A stretch of 64,000 nt of DNA from an uncultured virus (IMG/VR IMGVR_UViG_3300023239_000006) (Duplodnaviria > Heunggongvirae > Uroviricota > Caudoviricetes). A program made the translations under genes and the position numbers. How positions within the stretch are numbered: the stretch's first letter is position 1; the number at the start of each line of letters is the position of its first letter. The notes beneath the pieces were generated by a model, which was not told the origin of the DNA, did not search any database, and saw only the letters and a program-made list of their open reading frames with translations. The stretch spans positions 62,001 to 126,000 of IMG/VR virus record IMGVR_UViG_3300023239_000006. One strand, 5' to 3'. Of the stretch, positions 29,808 through 40,912 are shown one piece after another.

Positions 29808-30470
29808 ATGGAAACACAAGAGACTAAAATGCCAGAAAATACAGATCAAAATACTAAACAAACTCGCCCTAATGAAACGGGAGGCTTTCACTTTGAAGGT
29901 CACATTAAAATATTTGACCCTGAAACTGGAGAAGTTTTTCAAGATAAGCGAAATGCTATTCATTATGAAAACATGTCAGTGGCTATGGTACAAAGTTTAT
30001 CAAACCAAGGGCAAGGAACAGTATATGAAATGTCATTTGGCACAGGCGGAACTACTGTAGATCCTACAGGACTTATTACATATCTGACACCTAATACTGT
30101 TGGAGTTAACTCTAGTCTTTATAATCAAACATATACAAAAGTAGTTGATCAAAATTCAACTAATAATGTTGATCCTATAAGAAATAAAATGGAAGTTCGC
30201 CATATTAGCGGTGCTACTTATAGCGATATCATTATTAGTTGTTTGTTAGACTATGGTGAGCCAATTGATCAAGAAGCATTTGATAACTCAATTAGTCTAA
30301 GCGGAAATTTTGTGTTTGACGAATTAGGACTTAAATCTTACAACCCAGACGGTATCGGAAAATTATTAACTCATGTAGTTTTTCATCCAGTACAAAAATC
30401 TTTAAACAGACTCTTACAAGTTGATTATACAATTCGTGTACAGAGCTTAACCGGCTTTACAGAGGTATAA
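29808..30470 (+). CDS. virion structural protein (baseplate-associated)
   Basis: 220 aa, preceded by ATAAATA (29796-29802). 'FDELGL...LLTHVVFHPVQKS' resembles baseplate/fibre-anchor domains. Confidence 0.55.
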   Translation: METQETKMPENTDQNTKQTRPNETGGFHFEGHIKIFDPETGEVFQDKRNAIHYENMSVAMVQSLSNQGQGTVYEMSFGTGGTTVDPTGLITYLTPNTVGVNSSLYNQTYTKVVDQNSTNNVDPIRNKMEVRHISGATYSDIIISCLLDYGEPIDQEAFDNSISLSGNFVFDELGLKSYNPDGIGKLLTHVVFHPVQKSLNRLLQVDYTIRVQSLTGFTEV

Positions 30471-30473
30471 TAA

Positions 30474-32621
30474 ATGCCATATACAGTTAAATTTACCGAC
30501 AGCGACAATAAAACACCATTAACGGTGTTTGACAATACTTCTAGCACAGACACTAGTTTAACATTTCCAGGCAGGAATGTTACCGGGTACGGGCAGATTA
30601 TTGCAGAAAATTTCCTACACGTATTAGAAAACTTTGCTAGTGCCGACCAACCAATTAATCCAACTGAAGGACAACTTTGGTATGATAGTGGTAACGGATT
30701 TTTACAATTATTTGACGGAACTAATTGGAAAGCAGCTAGTAACATTCAAAAGAGTCCAAATGAACCGAGCGTAGAAACTTCTAAAGTTGGAGAACTATGG
30801 GTCGATACTACTAATCAGCAGTTACGTATCTATACAGGAACGCGATGGATTTTAGTTGGACCAAGCGAAAGTTCGTTAGACGGTCTACGATACGGACCTT
30901 CTGTGGAATCTATTATTGACTCAGATAACGCAACTAGATCTGTATTAGCATTTTATATCGCTGACATTCCGGTAATTATTATTAGTAAAGATAGTTTCAC
31001 CCCAAAAGTTACTATCTCTGGATACCCGCTAATCAAGAGTGGTATTAATATTAATATACCTGCAACTAGTGAAGAAATTACAAGCTTCGAAGGTGGATTC
31101 CTACCTAAGTATTATGGGACCTCATTAATTGCTAACGCATTAAAAGTTGATTCAACTTACACTCCTACTGACACTTCAATTATTTCAGCTAGTAAATTTT
31201 TAAGATCAGATATTACTAATACTACTGATTTTGGAATTGTTGTTAAAAACAATTCGGGAGTAACACTTGGACTTGATGGAAACTTTAATATCTCAACTAG
31301 TGCCACTTCTGCTCGAATTTATAATTCAGCCGCAGGTAGTTCTGTAGATTTGCAAGTTAACCGAAACGGTATACCTACTACAATTTTGCGTGTGCTTGAT
31401 AATAAGATAGGCATCAACAAAGCAGTTCCTGAAGAAGCATTAGATGTTGATGGAAACATTACACTAAACGGAAATTTAATAGTAACAAACGCAACCGCTA
31501 GCACTAACTTTGGCAACGGCAGCATCCGCACACTAGGCGGATTAGCAGTTACTAAAAACGTATTAATTGGAGAAGGTCTAAACGTTACCGGGACTACTCA
31601 ACTTAATGACTTGCAACCTGCAACTACTGATACCTATGATAACGGAACATCACTAAAACGCTGGAACACTGTAAGAGCAAAAACCGTTATTGCAGACACT
31701 ATCCGAGGTGTATTAGACGGCAACATTAGTGGAGATGCAAACAGAGCTATTAGTTTAAAAAATGTAACTACCTTTCAGTTAACTGGAGACGTAGTATCTC
31801 CGGCTATCCAGTTCGATGGACAAGTTGGCAGTTATACTAAAACATTTGCTACTTCACTAACTGCAAATATTATTTCAGCAAAAAGTAATCCTTTTCCTAA
31901 CGTATCTAAGAAAACAGATTTTATATTAACCTACAGAGAATCTGAAGCAGCTAGTGTATCAAGTGGATTATTAAAACAAACTAGAGATACGTTTGTAGGC
32001 GATTTAGGTATACCAATTGGTGCTATCCTTCCGTATGCAGGAGGGTCTGTACCTTATGGATTCTTATTTTGTGATGGCAGCGAAATTGAACGCATTAAAT
32101 ATCCTGAACTATTTGACATTATTTCTACAACATACAATGGTACAGCAGCTCTCAGTGGCGTAAATACATATAGATTGCCAGACTTACGAGGACGATTTCC
32201 GTTAGGTAGAGACAATATGGATAATGCTGGTACAGTTCCTAACAGTATCGGCGGGTATGTTGACGCAGGCGGTGGAACCGCTAGTCGGGTTCCAGACACT
32301 AAAGCACAGCAGTTAGGTGCCGATGCTGGTGCAAGTTCAGTGACATTATCCTTAGGAAATCTTCCAGATCACGAACACAGTTTACAAAATGCAGGCACAC
32401 AGTATTCTGCAATCCGAGTTGATACCGCAATTAATCCACCTGCAACAACTGGGTTTGGCCCAACAGCACCTGGACAAGCACAGTTCCTAAATACTTCTGG
32501 ACCTATTAAGAAGCCAAGTTCCGATTTTACATTTAGTACAGCAGTTGGTATAATGAATCCGTATCAAACATTAAATTACATTATTAGATCAGGTCCTCCT
32601 GCATTTACTACGGCGGTATAA
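30474..32621 (+). CDS. tail fibre / baseplate protein with tail-collar domain
   Basis: C-terminal collar 'PIGAILPYAG..VPYGFLFCDG...YPELF.IIS..Y...LPDLRGRFPLG...LNYII'. Shares the N-terminal domain of the next fibre genes. Confidence 0.8.
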   Translation: MPYTVKFTDSDNKTPLTVFDNTSSTDTSLTFPGRNVTGYGQIIAENFLHVLENFASADQPINPTEGQLWYDSGNGFLQLFDGTNWKAASNIQKSPNEPSVETSKVGELWVDTTNQQLRIYTGTRWILVGPSESSLDGLRYGPSVESIIDSDNATRSVLAFYIADIPVIIISKDSFTPKVTISGYPLIKSGININIPATSEEITSFEGGFLPKYYGTSLIANALKVDSTYTPTDTSIISASKFLRSDITNTTDFGIVVKNNSGVTLGLDGNFNISTSATSARIYNSAAGSSVDLQVNRNGIPTTILRVLDNKIGINKAVPEEALDVDGNITLNGNLIVTNATASTNFGNGSIRTLGGLAVTKNVLIGEGLNVTGTTQLNDLQPATTDTYDNGTSLKRWNTVRAKTVIADTIRGVLDGNISGDANRAISLKNVTTFQLTGDVVSPAIQFDGQVGSYTKTFATSLTANIISAKSNPFPNVSKKTDFILTYRESEAASVSSGLLKQTRDTFVGDLGIPIGAILPYAGGSVPYGFLFCDGSEIERIKYPELFDIISTTYNGTAALSGVNTYRLPDLRGRFPLGRDNMDNAGTVPNSIGGYVDAGGGTASRVPDTKAQQLGADAGASSVTLSLGNLPDHEHSLQNAGTQYSAIRVDTAINPPATTGFGPTAPGQAQFLNTSGPIKKPSSDFTFSTAVGIMNPYQTLNYIIRSGPPAFTTAV

Positions 32622-32634
32622 TTAGGTAGAAAAT

Positions 32635-34464
32635 ATGGCATATCAAGTTAACAAAACAGACGGCACTATTGTTGCTACAGTAGCAGATGGACAAATAGAT
32701 ACTCTATCAACAGATATAACTCTTATCGGTAAAAACTATAGCGGATTTGGAGAAGCTCTTAACGAAAACTTTATTAAACTTCTCGAACATTTTTCAAGTA
32801 CTGCTAGTCCGGTGCACCCTATTACCGGGCAACTGTGGTTTGATACGGCAGAAAATAAATTAAAAGTTTATAATGGTACTACATTTATACCAGTTAGTTC
32901 TGCTACAATTGCAAGCACACAACCCGGTACATTAGGAATTGGCGATCTTTGGTTTAGTAGTACAGATGCTCAATTATATTTCTTTGATGGAACGACACCA
33001 ATTTTATTAGGACCGGCTTATTCTGCTAGTCAATCGTTGAGTGGATTAAAAGTTGATAGTATTTTAGACACGTTAAACCAAACTCGTGTTATCACAAGTT
33101 TATATAATAACGGAATTTTATTAGGCATATTTGCTAAAGATGCATTTACTCCAAAAAATGCAATTATTGGATTTAGTGGAAACATCAGTCCAGGATTTAA
33201 TGCTGGCAGCTTATCGGGATTAAAGTTTAATGTTACTGCAACTAATTCAGATAGTTTAGGTGGCGTGCCGTCTACTACCTATGTAAGAACAGATACTAAC
33301 AATCAATTAAACGGTTCTCTAACTATTCAAGACGATCTTGGAGTTGTTATTGGATTGGCTAACGAGCTTATTTTACAAGTATCCAACGGAAACGTATTAA
33401 TCGCAAATTCTTCATCAAACAAAAATATAACATTTCAAGTTAATAAAGATGATACAACTTCAGATGCAGCCATAGTAATATCATCATCGACTAGGGTTAT
33501 TAACTTATATGAAGGCGCTACTGATAGTCAAGTCAATGTTGGCGGAAATTTAACAATTGCTGGAAACTTTACAGTTGAAGGAACAACAACTACAGTTAAC
33601 TCTACAACATTAATAGTTGATGATAAAAATATTGAATTAGCAGCATCTAACAGTCCATCTAACGCTAATGCTGACGGAGGTGGAATCACACTAAAAGGTA
33701 CTACTGATCACACCTTAACTTGGACTGATGCATCTCGTGCATGGAACAGTTCCGAACACATAAATTTAGTTACATCAGATTCAGTTCCCGCTCCGGAATA
33801 CAAAATTAATGGTGTAACAGTACTTAATACTGATACAGTTTTTGTAACAAACTTTCCTAACGTTAATCAGCTTGGTACGCAATTATCAATTACTGTTGGA
33901 CCGTATCCGTTAGGAGTTGCTGACCCGCAACTGCTGTTAGAAAATAATAGGATATCAACAGTACCTTCTGATCTTAATCTTGAGTTAGCACCAGACGGCG
34001 TAGGTAATGTTGCGTTAATTGGTGATCCTAGAATTATTGGTCTAGCTGATCCTGTTGATCAGCAAGACGCTGCTACAAAAGAATATGTTGATAATACTAT
34101 AGAACTACGAAACTTATTGTTCAGCATGGACTTATCAGACGGTAAGCCAAATAGTTACATTATTACCAACATTTTAAATAATCTTGCCCCGACTGCCTAT
34201 TACAGAGTAGGAACAATTGCAAGAATTTTATGTACTACGCTAACTAACAACACTGTGTCATTAGATTTAAATACATTGTTAGCAGCAGGTAAATCGACAG
34301 CAACTTTTAATACCCCGACAGGAACTGCACCGGCAGTAACAAATTATTCAATCGGTACGGCTACGGTACCATCGCCGTCGATCACTACAACAAGAATTAT
34401 TAAACAATTTTATTTGGGAGTAGGCGGTTGGGTATGGGTATCCGACACGATCCTTCCACCGTAA
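32635..34464 (+). CDS. tail fibre-like protein
   Basis: Shared N-terminal domain (GKNY.G.GE..NENF...GQLWFD); 'VEGTTTTVNSTT..VDDKNIEL' and 'DAATKEYVD' fibre motifs. Confidence 0.7.
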   Translation: MAYQVNKTDGTIVATVADGQIDTLSTDITLIGKNYSGFGEALNENFIKLLEHFSSTASPVHPITGQLWFDTAENKLKVYNGTTFIPVSSATIASTQPGTLGIGDLWFSSTDAQLYFFDGTTPILLGPAYSASQSLSGLKVDSILDTLNQTRVITSLYNNGILLGIFAKDAFTPKNAIIGFSGNISPGFNAGSLSGLKFNVTATNSDSLGGVPSTTYVRTDTNNQLNGSLTIQDDLGVVIGLANELILQVSNGNVLIANSSSNKNITFQVNKDDTTSDAAIVISSSTRVINLYEGATDSQVNVGGNLTIAGNFTVEGTTTTVNSTTLIVDDKNIELAASNSPSNANADGGGITLKGTTDHTLTWTDASRAWNSSEHINLVTSDSVPAPEYKINGVTVLNTDTVFVTNFPNVNQLGTQLSITVGPYPLGVADPQLLLENNRISTVPSDLNLELAPDGVGNVALIGDPRIIGLADPVDQQDAATKEYVDNTIELRNLLFSMDLSDGKPNSYIITNILNNLAPTAYYRVGTIARILCTTLTNNTVSLDLNTLLAAGKSTATFNTPTGTAPAVTNYSIGTATVPSPSITTTRIIKQFYLGVGGWVWVSDTILPP

Positions 34465-34485
34465 TGAGAACCAGGAGCGCCTTAG

Positions 34486-36792
34486 ATGTCGTATATAATT
34501 AATAAATTTAGTGGACCGCAGTTAGTTGTCCTTGAAGACGGGACAATTAATACGTCTACTAGCATTGGGTTGGTTGGCAGAAATTATGTTGGCTATGGAG
34601 AAACTCAGAATGAAAATTTTGTATTCTTATTAGAAAACTTTTCTAATGATTCGGCGCCATCGAGGCCGATCCAAGGGCAAACGTGGTTTAACTCTACCAA
34701 CAGTTTACTATACGTGTATAACGGAACTGCATGGGCTGTAGTCGGCGCAGCAATATTATCAGCTACTGCGCCAGAACAGCCAGCTAACGGTGCATTGTGG
34801 TTAGACAGCGATATCAATACATTAAACATCTGGAATGGTACTGCATGGGAATTTATCGGACCCGAAGTTGCTGAAGGATTTGACACTACTCGAGCAAAGT
34901 CTACTACTGTATTAGGTATTGATGGTAATCGGCATCCCGTCATACTATTGACTATTGACGGCACAGTAACAGCTATCTGTTCTACAAGTGCATTTACAAT
35001 TTCACTATCTGAAACAATTGAAGGATTTTTAGATGTAGTAGCAGGCATTACAATGTCAACACTTCGAACATTTAAAGGCGATATTATAGGCAATGCTTCT
35101 AGTGCAAGTCAATTAGAAGAATTAAGAACAATTAACGGTATAGGATTCAACGGCACATCTGACATTATAGTGCAGGCCAGTACCTCTAATAATTTAATTA
35201 GAGGTGATTATTTAACTGGTTCTAATTTTAACGGATCTATGCCGATTACATGGAGCGTTGATGCAAGCTCTGCAAATGTTATTGGAAAAGTTGTAGCAAG
35301 AAATAGCCAAGGCGGATTTGCTGCTGGGACTATCACTGCTGACCTAGTTGGCAACGTTGTGGGTAATGTGACTGCAACTACTGGAACTAGCGTATTTGAT
35401 ATAATACAAGCTACTCAAATTATTGGACCGGTATTAAGAGGAAATTCGTCTTCAGCAACAAGGTTACAGACAGGCAGGAATATTAACGGAACTTATTTTG
35501 ACGGATCTTCAGATGTTACAGTTACCGCTGCCGCAGGCACATTGACCGGCACAACATTAAATGGTGCAGTAACTACATCAAGTCTTACTAGTGTTGGAAT
35601 TTTAACATCTCTTAAAACCGCAGCAACCGGAGTTGAAGTTGATAGTAGTATTAAAATGTTTACCGACACAGGCGGAATTCCTACGATTAGAGGATTGGCA
35701 AGTAATAAACAAATTAAATTTGACATAGTAGATACCCGTCAAGGAAATATCACAGACATTAGGTTTATTCCATCTGCTGATTCTCTAGCGTTAGGCGGCC
35801 AAGATAGTCCGGCTCTTATACCTACTACTGGAACTATTACTAATTTAGGACACCCTACTGCTGTTTGGAATCAAGTGTATGCTAGCAACCTAGTTGGAAA
35901 TGCAGATACTGCAACCTTAGCAGCTACTGCAACAAACATAGCAGCCGGCGCAGCAGGATCTATCCCTTACCAGACAGCAGCTAGCACAACAAATTTATTG
36001 CCTGTCGGGATAGCTGGAACAGTGTTAACTGCCGGTGCAGCAGGTACATTATCTTGGCTAGCAATTGGTCAAGAGGCTCTATCAAGTGGAACACATTTAA
36101 GTTTTATTAACACAGTGAGCGGTTCGCCAGTATTGTCCTACAGTCTATCAACTCCGACAACGCTGTCAATTGATGCAACATCGTCTAATACTGCCGGTAC
36201 AGTAGTTGCTAGAGATAGCAGTGGTAATTTTAGTGCAGGTACTATAACTGCTACAGTGTCTGGTAATGTTACTGGTAACGTAACTGGAAATTCAACTACT
36301 GCAACTCAACTGCAAACAGCAAGAACAATCAACGGTACGCTGTTTAACGGTACATCGAATATTACTATCTCGGCTCCAGACACTACAAAAGTTCCGTTAG
36401 CAGGCGGCGCAATGACTGGGTATTTAACTTTGGTTGGAACTCCAGTAGCCACTAACCATGCTGCTACAAAAGCATATGTTGACAGCAGGATACCACAGTA
36501 TCAAATTATTTCAGGTTCCTCTTTTAGTACCTCAGGGTTTACTAATCAAGTTGGATCGTTCAATGATGGTGCTAACTACTTTGATTTATATCCACCGAGT
36601 GGAAAAACAATGGCTAATCTAGTGGCATTTATACCATCAATCCGCATGATTCACTTTGCAGGCGGCGTGAACGGAGACGACAGTTTACGATGCACATACT
36701 CATACCTTAGCGATAGAGTTCGAGTTTATGTACAAAATACAGAACAGCGATCTACACCAGCAGCAAACTACCTAGTAATTTGGAGTCAATAA
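34486..36792 (+). CDS. tail fibre protein
   Basis: Shared N-terminal domain; three 'AT.LQT.R.ING..F.G' repeats, two 'VVAR...G.F.AGTITA' repeats and 'HAATKAYVD'. Confidence 0.75.
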   Translation: MSYIINKFSGPQLVVLEDGTINTSTSIGLVGRNYVGYGETQNENFVFLLENFSNDSAPSRPIQGQTWFNSTNSLLYVYNGTAWAVVGAAILSATAPEQPANGALWLDSDINTLNIWNGTAWEFIGPEVAEGFDTTRAKSTTVLGIDGNRHPVILLTIDGTVTAICSTSAFTISLSETIEGFLDVVAGITMSTLRTFKGDIIGNASSASQLEELRTINGIGFNGTSDIIVQASTSNNLIRGDYLTGSNFNGSMPITWSVDASSANVIGKVVARNSQGGFAAGTITADLVGNVVGNVTATTGTSVFDIIQATQIIGPVLRGNSSSATRLQTGRNINGTYFDGSSDVTVTAAAGTLTGTTLNGAVTTSSLTSVGILTSLKTAATGVEVDSSIKMFTDTGGIPTIRGLASNKQIKFDIVDTRQGNITDIRFIPSADSLALGGQDSPALIPTTGTITNLGHPTAVWNQVYASNLVGNADTATLAATATNIAAGAAGSIPYQTAASTTNLLPVGIAGTVLTAGAAGTLSWLAIGQEALSSGTHLSFINTVSGSPVLSYSLSTPTTLSIDATSSNTAGTVVARDSSGNFSAGTITATVSGNVTGNVTGNSTTATQLQTARTINGTLFNGTSNITISAPDTTKVPLAGGAMTGYLTLVGTPVATNHAATKAYVDSRIPQYQIISGSSFSTSGFTNQVGSFNDGANYFDLYPPSGKTMANLVAFIPSIRMIHFAGGVNGDDSLRCTYSYLSDRVRVYVQNTEQRSTPAANYLVIWSQ

Positions 36793-36793
36793 T

Positions 36794-37150
36794 ATGTATT
36801 ATGTATGTATAGAGAACGCAGCAGTAACAAGTATTATGTCCTACGAGCCAGCAGTACCGAGCACAGTCAGTATTACCTTAATTACTGACGAGCAGTATGC
36901 TCAAATAATGGCACAAACACACTATTTTAATGTTGAGTCGGCTAATGTATTATCTGTTTCTGCAGAAGTAATTACGCAAAAAGAAATAGAGATTACAAAC
37001 GGCCAAGAAAGAGAATTTCTTAACAGCACAGACTGGAAAGTGTTGCGCCATATTAGACAAAAAGCACTAGGTATTACAACTAGTTTAACAGAAGAACAAT
37101 ACTTAACACTAGAGTCACAACGAGAAACAGCAGCCAGCAGAATCGTTTAA
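36794..37150 (+). CDS. putative tail fibre assembly chaperone
   Basis: 118 aa directly after a fibre gene. 'REFLNSTDWKVLRH...R' resembles the C-termini of fibre chaperones. Confidence 0.55.
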   Translation: MYYVCIENAAVTSIMSYEPAVPSTVSITLITDEQYAQIMAQTHYFNVESANVLSVSAEVITQKEIEITNGQEREFLNSTDWKVLRHIRQKALGITTSLTEEQYLTLESQRETAASRIV

Positions 37151-37193
37151 TTGGCTTCGAATAAATACAACTACACTTTGGGACTATTGAATC

Positions 37194-38966
37194 ATGGCAT
37201 ATCAAGTAAATAATTTTAACGGAACGTTTTTAACATCTGTAGCAGACGGAACCATCGATTCCACTACAGATTTACGTTTCGTTGGTAAGAACTACGCAGG
37301 TTACGGCGAAGTGCAAAATGAAAACTATCTACATTTAATGGAGCATTTTGCTAATACTACTCAACCTCCTAAAGCAGTTACCGGTCAAATTTGGTACGAT
37401 AGTGCAAACAAAAAATTAAAGTTTTATAATGAGACAGATGCAAAGTGGAAAGTTGCCGGCGGCGCCGAAGTAGCAGCTACTGCACCTAGCGGATTAGCAA
37501 TAGGTGAATTTTGGTGGGATAGCTCTGCTAAACAGTTGTATGCATATACCGGAACCGACTTTATACTAGTTGGTCCAGCAGCTAGTCCAGATTTAGGTAC
37601 AAGTTCAGTAATTGCCCAAGTAGTTAAAGATACGTTAAACTCTAGTCATACTATTCTTAAATTTATCGCCGGCGGCACGACAACCAAAACTATAGCAATT
37701 GTAAGCCAAGACGAATTTACGCTTAACAGCGGAGTGAATCCTATTACTGGATTTACTTTAATCAAGAAAGGTATTACATTAATTAATACAAATAGCTCCG
37801 GAGTAGGGTCAAGCGATGAATTAGTATGGGGAACAGCATCTAACTCTTTAAGATTAGGGGGAGTGTTGGCAACCCAGTTCTTACAACGCGGCGAAAATTC
37901 GTTTACGTCTGGAGTTAATTTTGCAACTGACGCTGGAATAACTATCGGTGTAGATAGCGACATACGCCTTTGGATTGATCCAAACGCAGGTGCTCTTATT
38001 GAAAATCAAATTGGCGAAACAATTACTGTACGGATCACGAACCCAATCGGGTCAATTGCTAAAGATGTTGCAGTGTTTAGCGACACTGGTATAACGCCGT
38101 CACAGACTAGCACATACGATCTAGGAACTACTAGTTCAATATGGCGTAACATATATGCAACTACAGTAGCAGCTAACTTAGTTGGTAACATTACTGGAAA
38201 TTCCACTGGAAATCATATTGGCAATCTAATAGCAACTGATTCTACAGTGATGATTAATGGTAGCTCAAAAGAAATTGGCTATGCTGGTGCAATACTCAGA
38301 GGAACATTATTTGGAAACGTGCAAGGAAACTTAACTGGTAACTCAGACAATGCTAGCAAGTTAGGAGAGAACAGCCCATCAGTAACATTGCCTAGTACCG
38401 CTGATAAAAGTTCAATTCCTGTTAGAAGTACAGACGGTGATATCACAGCTAGAAAATTTATAGGAACATCAAACAGTGCTGACCAACTATTAGTTGGAGC
38501 AATATATCGATCTTCTTCTACATCAGCTGATATCAATACTATTGCAGTTAGAGATAGTGCAGGTGATATTTATGGATCGATATTTCAAGGAACAGCAGCA
38601 GCAGCTAGGTACGCTGACTTGGCAGAAAAATATTTACCAGATGCAGAATATGCTCCTGGCACTGTTATGTGCATTGGCGGTAACGCAGAAGTTACTGCTA
38701 GCATGTTAGGTAACCGTGCTATTGGAGTAATTAGTACCAATCCTGCCTATATGATGAACAAAGATCTAGAAGGCGGTGTGTATGTTGCACTTAAAGGGCG
38801 TGTTCCTTGTAAAGTAGTTGGTTGTATTAAGAAAGGTGACGAGCTAGTAGCATCAAATGATGGATGTGCTATAATAGCAGCGCCACATGCAAGCGGAGTA
38901 TTTGCTGTTGCACTAGAAAGCAGTGATGACGAAGGTGCAAAAGTAATCGAAGTATTGGTACTATAA
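37194..38966 (+). CDS. tail fibre protein with C-terminal intramolecular-chaperone-like domain
   Basis: Shared N-terminal domain. C-terminal 'YADLAEKY...GTV...IGVISTNPAYMMN...VALKGRVPCKV' is typical of autocleaved chaperone domains. Confidence 0.7.
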   Translation: MAYQVNNFNGTFLTSVADGTIDSTTDLRFVGKNYAGYGEVQNENYLHLMEHFANTTQPPKAVTGQIWYDSANKKLKFYNETDAKWKVAGGAEVAATAPSGLAIGEFWWDSSAKQLYAYTGTDFILVGPAASPDLGTSSVIAQVVKDTLNSSHTILKFIAGGTTTKTIAIVSQDEFTLNSGVNPITGFTLIKKGITLINTNSSGVGSSDELVWGTASNSLRLGGVLATQFLQRGENSFTSGVNFATDAGITIGVDSDIRLWIDPNAGALIENQIGETITVRITNPIGSIAKDVAVFSDTGITPSQTSTYDLGTTSSIWRNIYATTVAANLVGNITGNSTGNHIGNLIATDSTVMINGSSKEIGYAGAILRGTLFGNVQGNLTGNSDNASKLGENSPSVTLPSTADKSSIPVRSTDGDITARKFIGTSNSADQLLVGAIYRSSSTSADINTIAVRDSAGDIYGSIFQGTAAAARYADLAEKYLPDAEYAPGTVMCIGGNAEVTASMLGNRAIGVISTNPAYMMNKDLEGGVYVALKGRVPCKVVGCIKKGDELVASNDGCAIIAAPHASGVFAVALESSDDEGAKVIEVLVL

Positions 38967-38967
38967 T

Positions 38968-39864
38968 ATGGCAAAGTTAGATTCACAGACTCCTGCAAGA
39001 ATTTCAAATCTTGACTATAATGCAATCCGCAACAAAGCGGTTACATTATTAGGTCCTGGTCTTGGTAGTAGAGGCTACGGACAAGCAACAAGTAGCTCAG
39101 CTGTGACGTCTGGGAATACTATCCTTAAATCTCATTGGGATTTACTTAGATACGATTTAATAAATGTAAAGACACACCAGGACGGAATTGAACCTCCTAT
39201 TGTTACTTTACAACCAGGTGATGTCATTCGATACGGTGCTAGCAACCCAAACACTAACTATGAAACAATTGCTGCTCAAGCAGATCTAGCAAGATTTAAT
39301 ATCGGAGCTAACCAATTAATTATTTCATCAAAAGCTAATACCTCCTACAGTAGCAGTTGGAGTACGCAAGCATCATGCACCTTAACAATTGTATTTGGCA
39401 CAGCAAACGAAGCTAGATATTTTTTTAACAGCGGTGGCAAAATTCAATTTTTTAGCAGCCGATCTGCAGGATCAAGTACGCCACAAAACAATGCTTGGAC
39501 AGAATTATTAGCAGCAGTTGGCACACAAGCGTTCGGTGGCGCCACTCCTAGTCTTGCTAATTTTTATACACTAACATCAAGCTACCAACCATTTTATCAA
39601 CTTGCTCAAAGTACTCCTTATTCTAATAATTTTTGTCAATTAGCTGCATTATGCAATGTTGCTAATAACTCAACTGGAACAGCTACATCGGTTACTTTTA
39701 AAATAACTTGGCAAGATAACTACGCTAATACAGCAGATCTAGTTAATGGAACACTATCAATTGCAATTAGTGAATTAAAAGCTACCGGAACACTAATACC
39801 TAGTGGTTCACCGTTTACAATAACTAGTCCTAGCTATTCACTATCTAGCATTACCGCAAGTTAA
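38968..39864 (+). CDS. virion structural protein
   Basis: Ser/Thr-rich; paralogue of the next gene (GYGQ, ARYFFNSGG.I.F, W..LL, WQDNY, V.GTL). Confidence 0.65.
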   Translation: MAKLDSQTPARISNLDYNAIRNKAVTLLGPGLGSRGYGQATSSSAVTSGNTILKSHWDLLRYDLINVKTHQDGIEPPIVTLQPGDVIRYGASNPNTNYETIAAQADLARFNIGANQLIISSKANTSYSSSWSTQASCTLTIVFGTANEARYFFNSGGKIQFFSSRSAGSSTPQNNAWTELLAAVGTQAFGGATPSLANFYTLTSSYQPFYQLAQSTPYSNNFCQLAALCNVANNSTGTATSVTFKITWQDNYANTADLVNGTLSIAISELKATGTLIPSGSPFTITSPSYSLSSITAS

Positions 39865-39896
39865 CATTGTTAAATAGAGTAGAGGAAAGTTAATAC

Positions 39897-40853
39897 ATGG
39901 CTGTAAATGATAAAATTAAATTCGCAGATTATAACGATATTAGAAACAAAGTTATCGAGATATTAGGCACAGGATCTGGTAATTCAGGCTACGGACAACT
40001 GATTAAAAGTTCTGCACTTTCACAATCAACTAAAGTAGGAGTAAATGATTGGACGAATTTGTTTTTCGATATATACAATGCCTATTATCATCAAACAGGT
40101 AGCGCACCGTCTTTAGGATCAATTGCAGAAAACGAAATAGTTCGATACAACGCAGCCAAGCCAAATTTTCAATACGATACAATTGCTAATACAATCGTTG
40201 CTAACAAATTTAATATTGCAGCAGGTCAAAGTGCAACACGATCTAAAGGCAGTACGAGCACCGCATGGCCTGGACCGTACGGAAACAGCTGGAATACATT
40301 AGCGCAGGCTGTTGTTACTGTAACATTTACTTCGCCGGCACAAGCTAGGTATTTTTTCAATTCAGGCGGCCAGATAAGATTTAATTCAACTAGGACAGGT
40401 GGAACGTCATCTGGACAAAATACAGGCTGGACAAATTTGTTAAACACAGTTAGTTCTATCAACGGTGGTGCAGGTCCTATATTTGGCGGGAATGCCCCTG
40501 GAACTGGTACAGAACCAAACAATGGAACTAACTTTTACCGATTATCTAATACTTACGCAGCATGGTATGCAGCTTCTGCTTCTAGTCCATACGGCGCAAA
40601 CACTTTTAGAATATTTGCCAGAAGTCCAAGTGTTGCCGATAATAGCAACGGCACCGCTTCTCAAATTGAACTTTTAGTCTATTGGCAGGATAACTATGTT
40701 GATCCTGGCGCACCTGCACCCGGCGATAGCGTAGACGGAACATTAACCCTTGCAGTTTCTACATTGTATGCTACAGGAACACTTGTTCCAACAAGCGCTG
40801 GTAGTTTTGTAGTAGAAGATCCTACTGTAACATTGGGTGCAATTAGCGCTTAA
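39897..40853 (+). CDS. virion structural protein (paralogue of 38968-39864)
   Basis: Same motifs as the upstream gene; TAAATA at 39871-39876. Confidence 0.65.
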   Translation: MAVNDKIKFADYNDIRNKVIEILGTGSGNSGYGQLIKSSALSQSTKVGVNDWTNLFFDIYNAYYHQTGSAPSLGSIAENEIVRYNAAKPNFQYDTIANTIVANKFNIAAGQSATRSKGSTSTAWPGPYGNSWNTLAQAVVTVTFTSPAQARYFFNSGGQIRFNSTRTGGTSSGQNTGWTNLLNTVSSINGGAGPIFGGNAPGTGTEPNNGTNFYRLSNTYAAWYAASASSPYGANTFRIFARSPSVADNSNGTASQIELLVYWQDNYVDPGAPAPGDSVDGTLTLAVSTLYATGTLVPTSAGSFVVEDPTVTLGAISA

Positions 40854-40912
40854 AATATTTCTCTCTAGCAGCATCGCAAATAAATAAACTGCTATGTTAA
40901 TTAGGAGAAACA

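Noticed and set aside
30474..38966. Diversity-generating retroelement or invertible fibre cassette
   Set aside because: No reverse transcriptase, invertase or near-identical nucleotide repeat pair seen; repeats are diverged and protein-level only.
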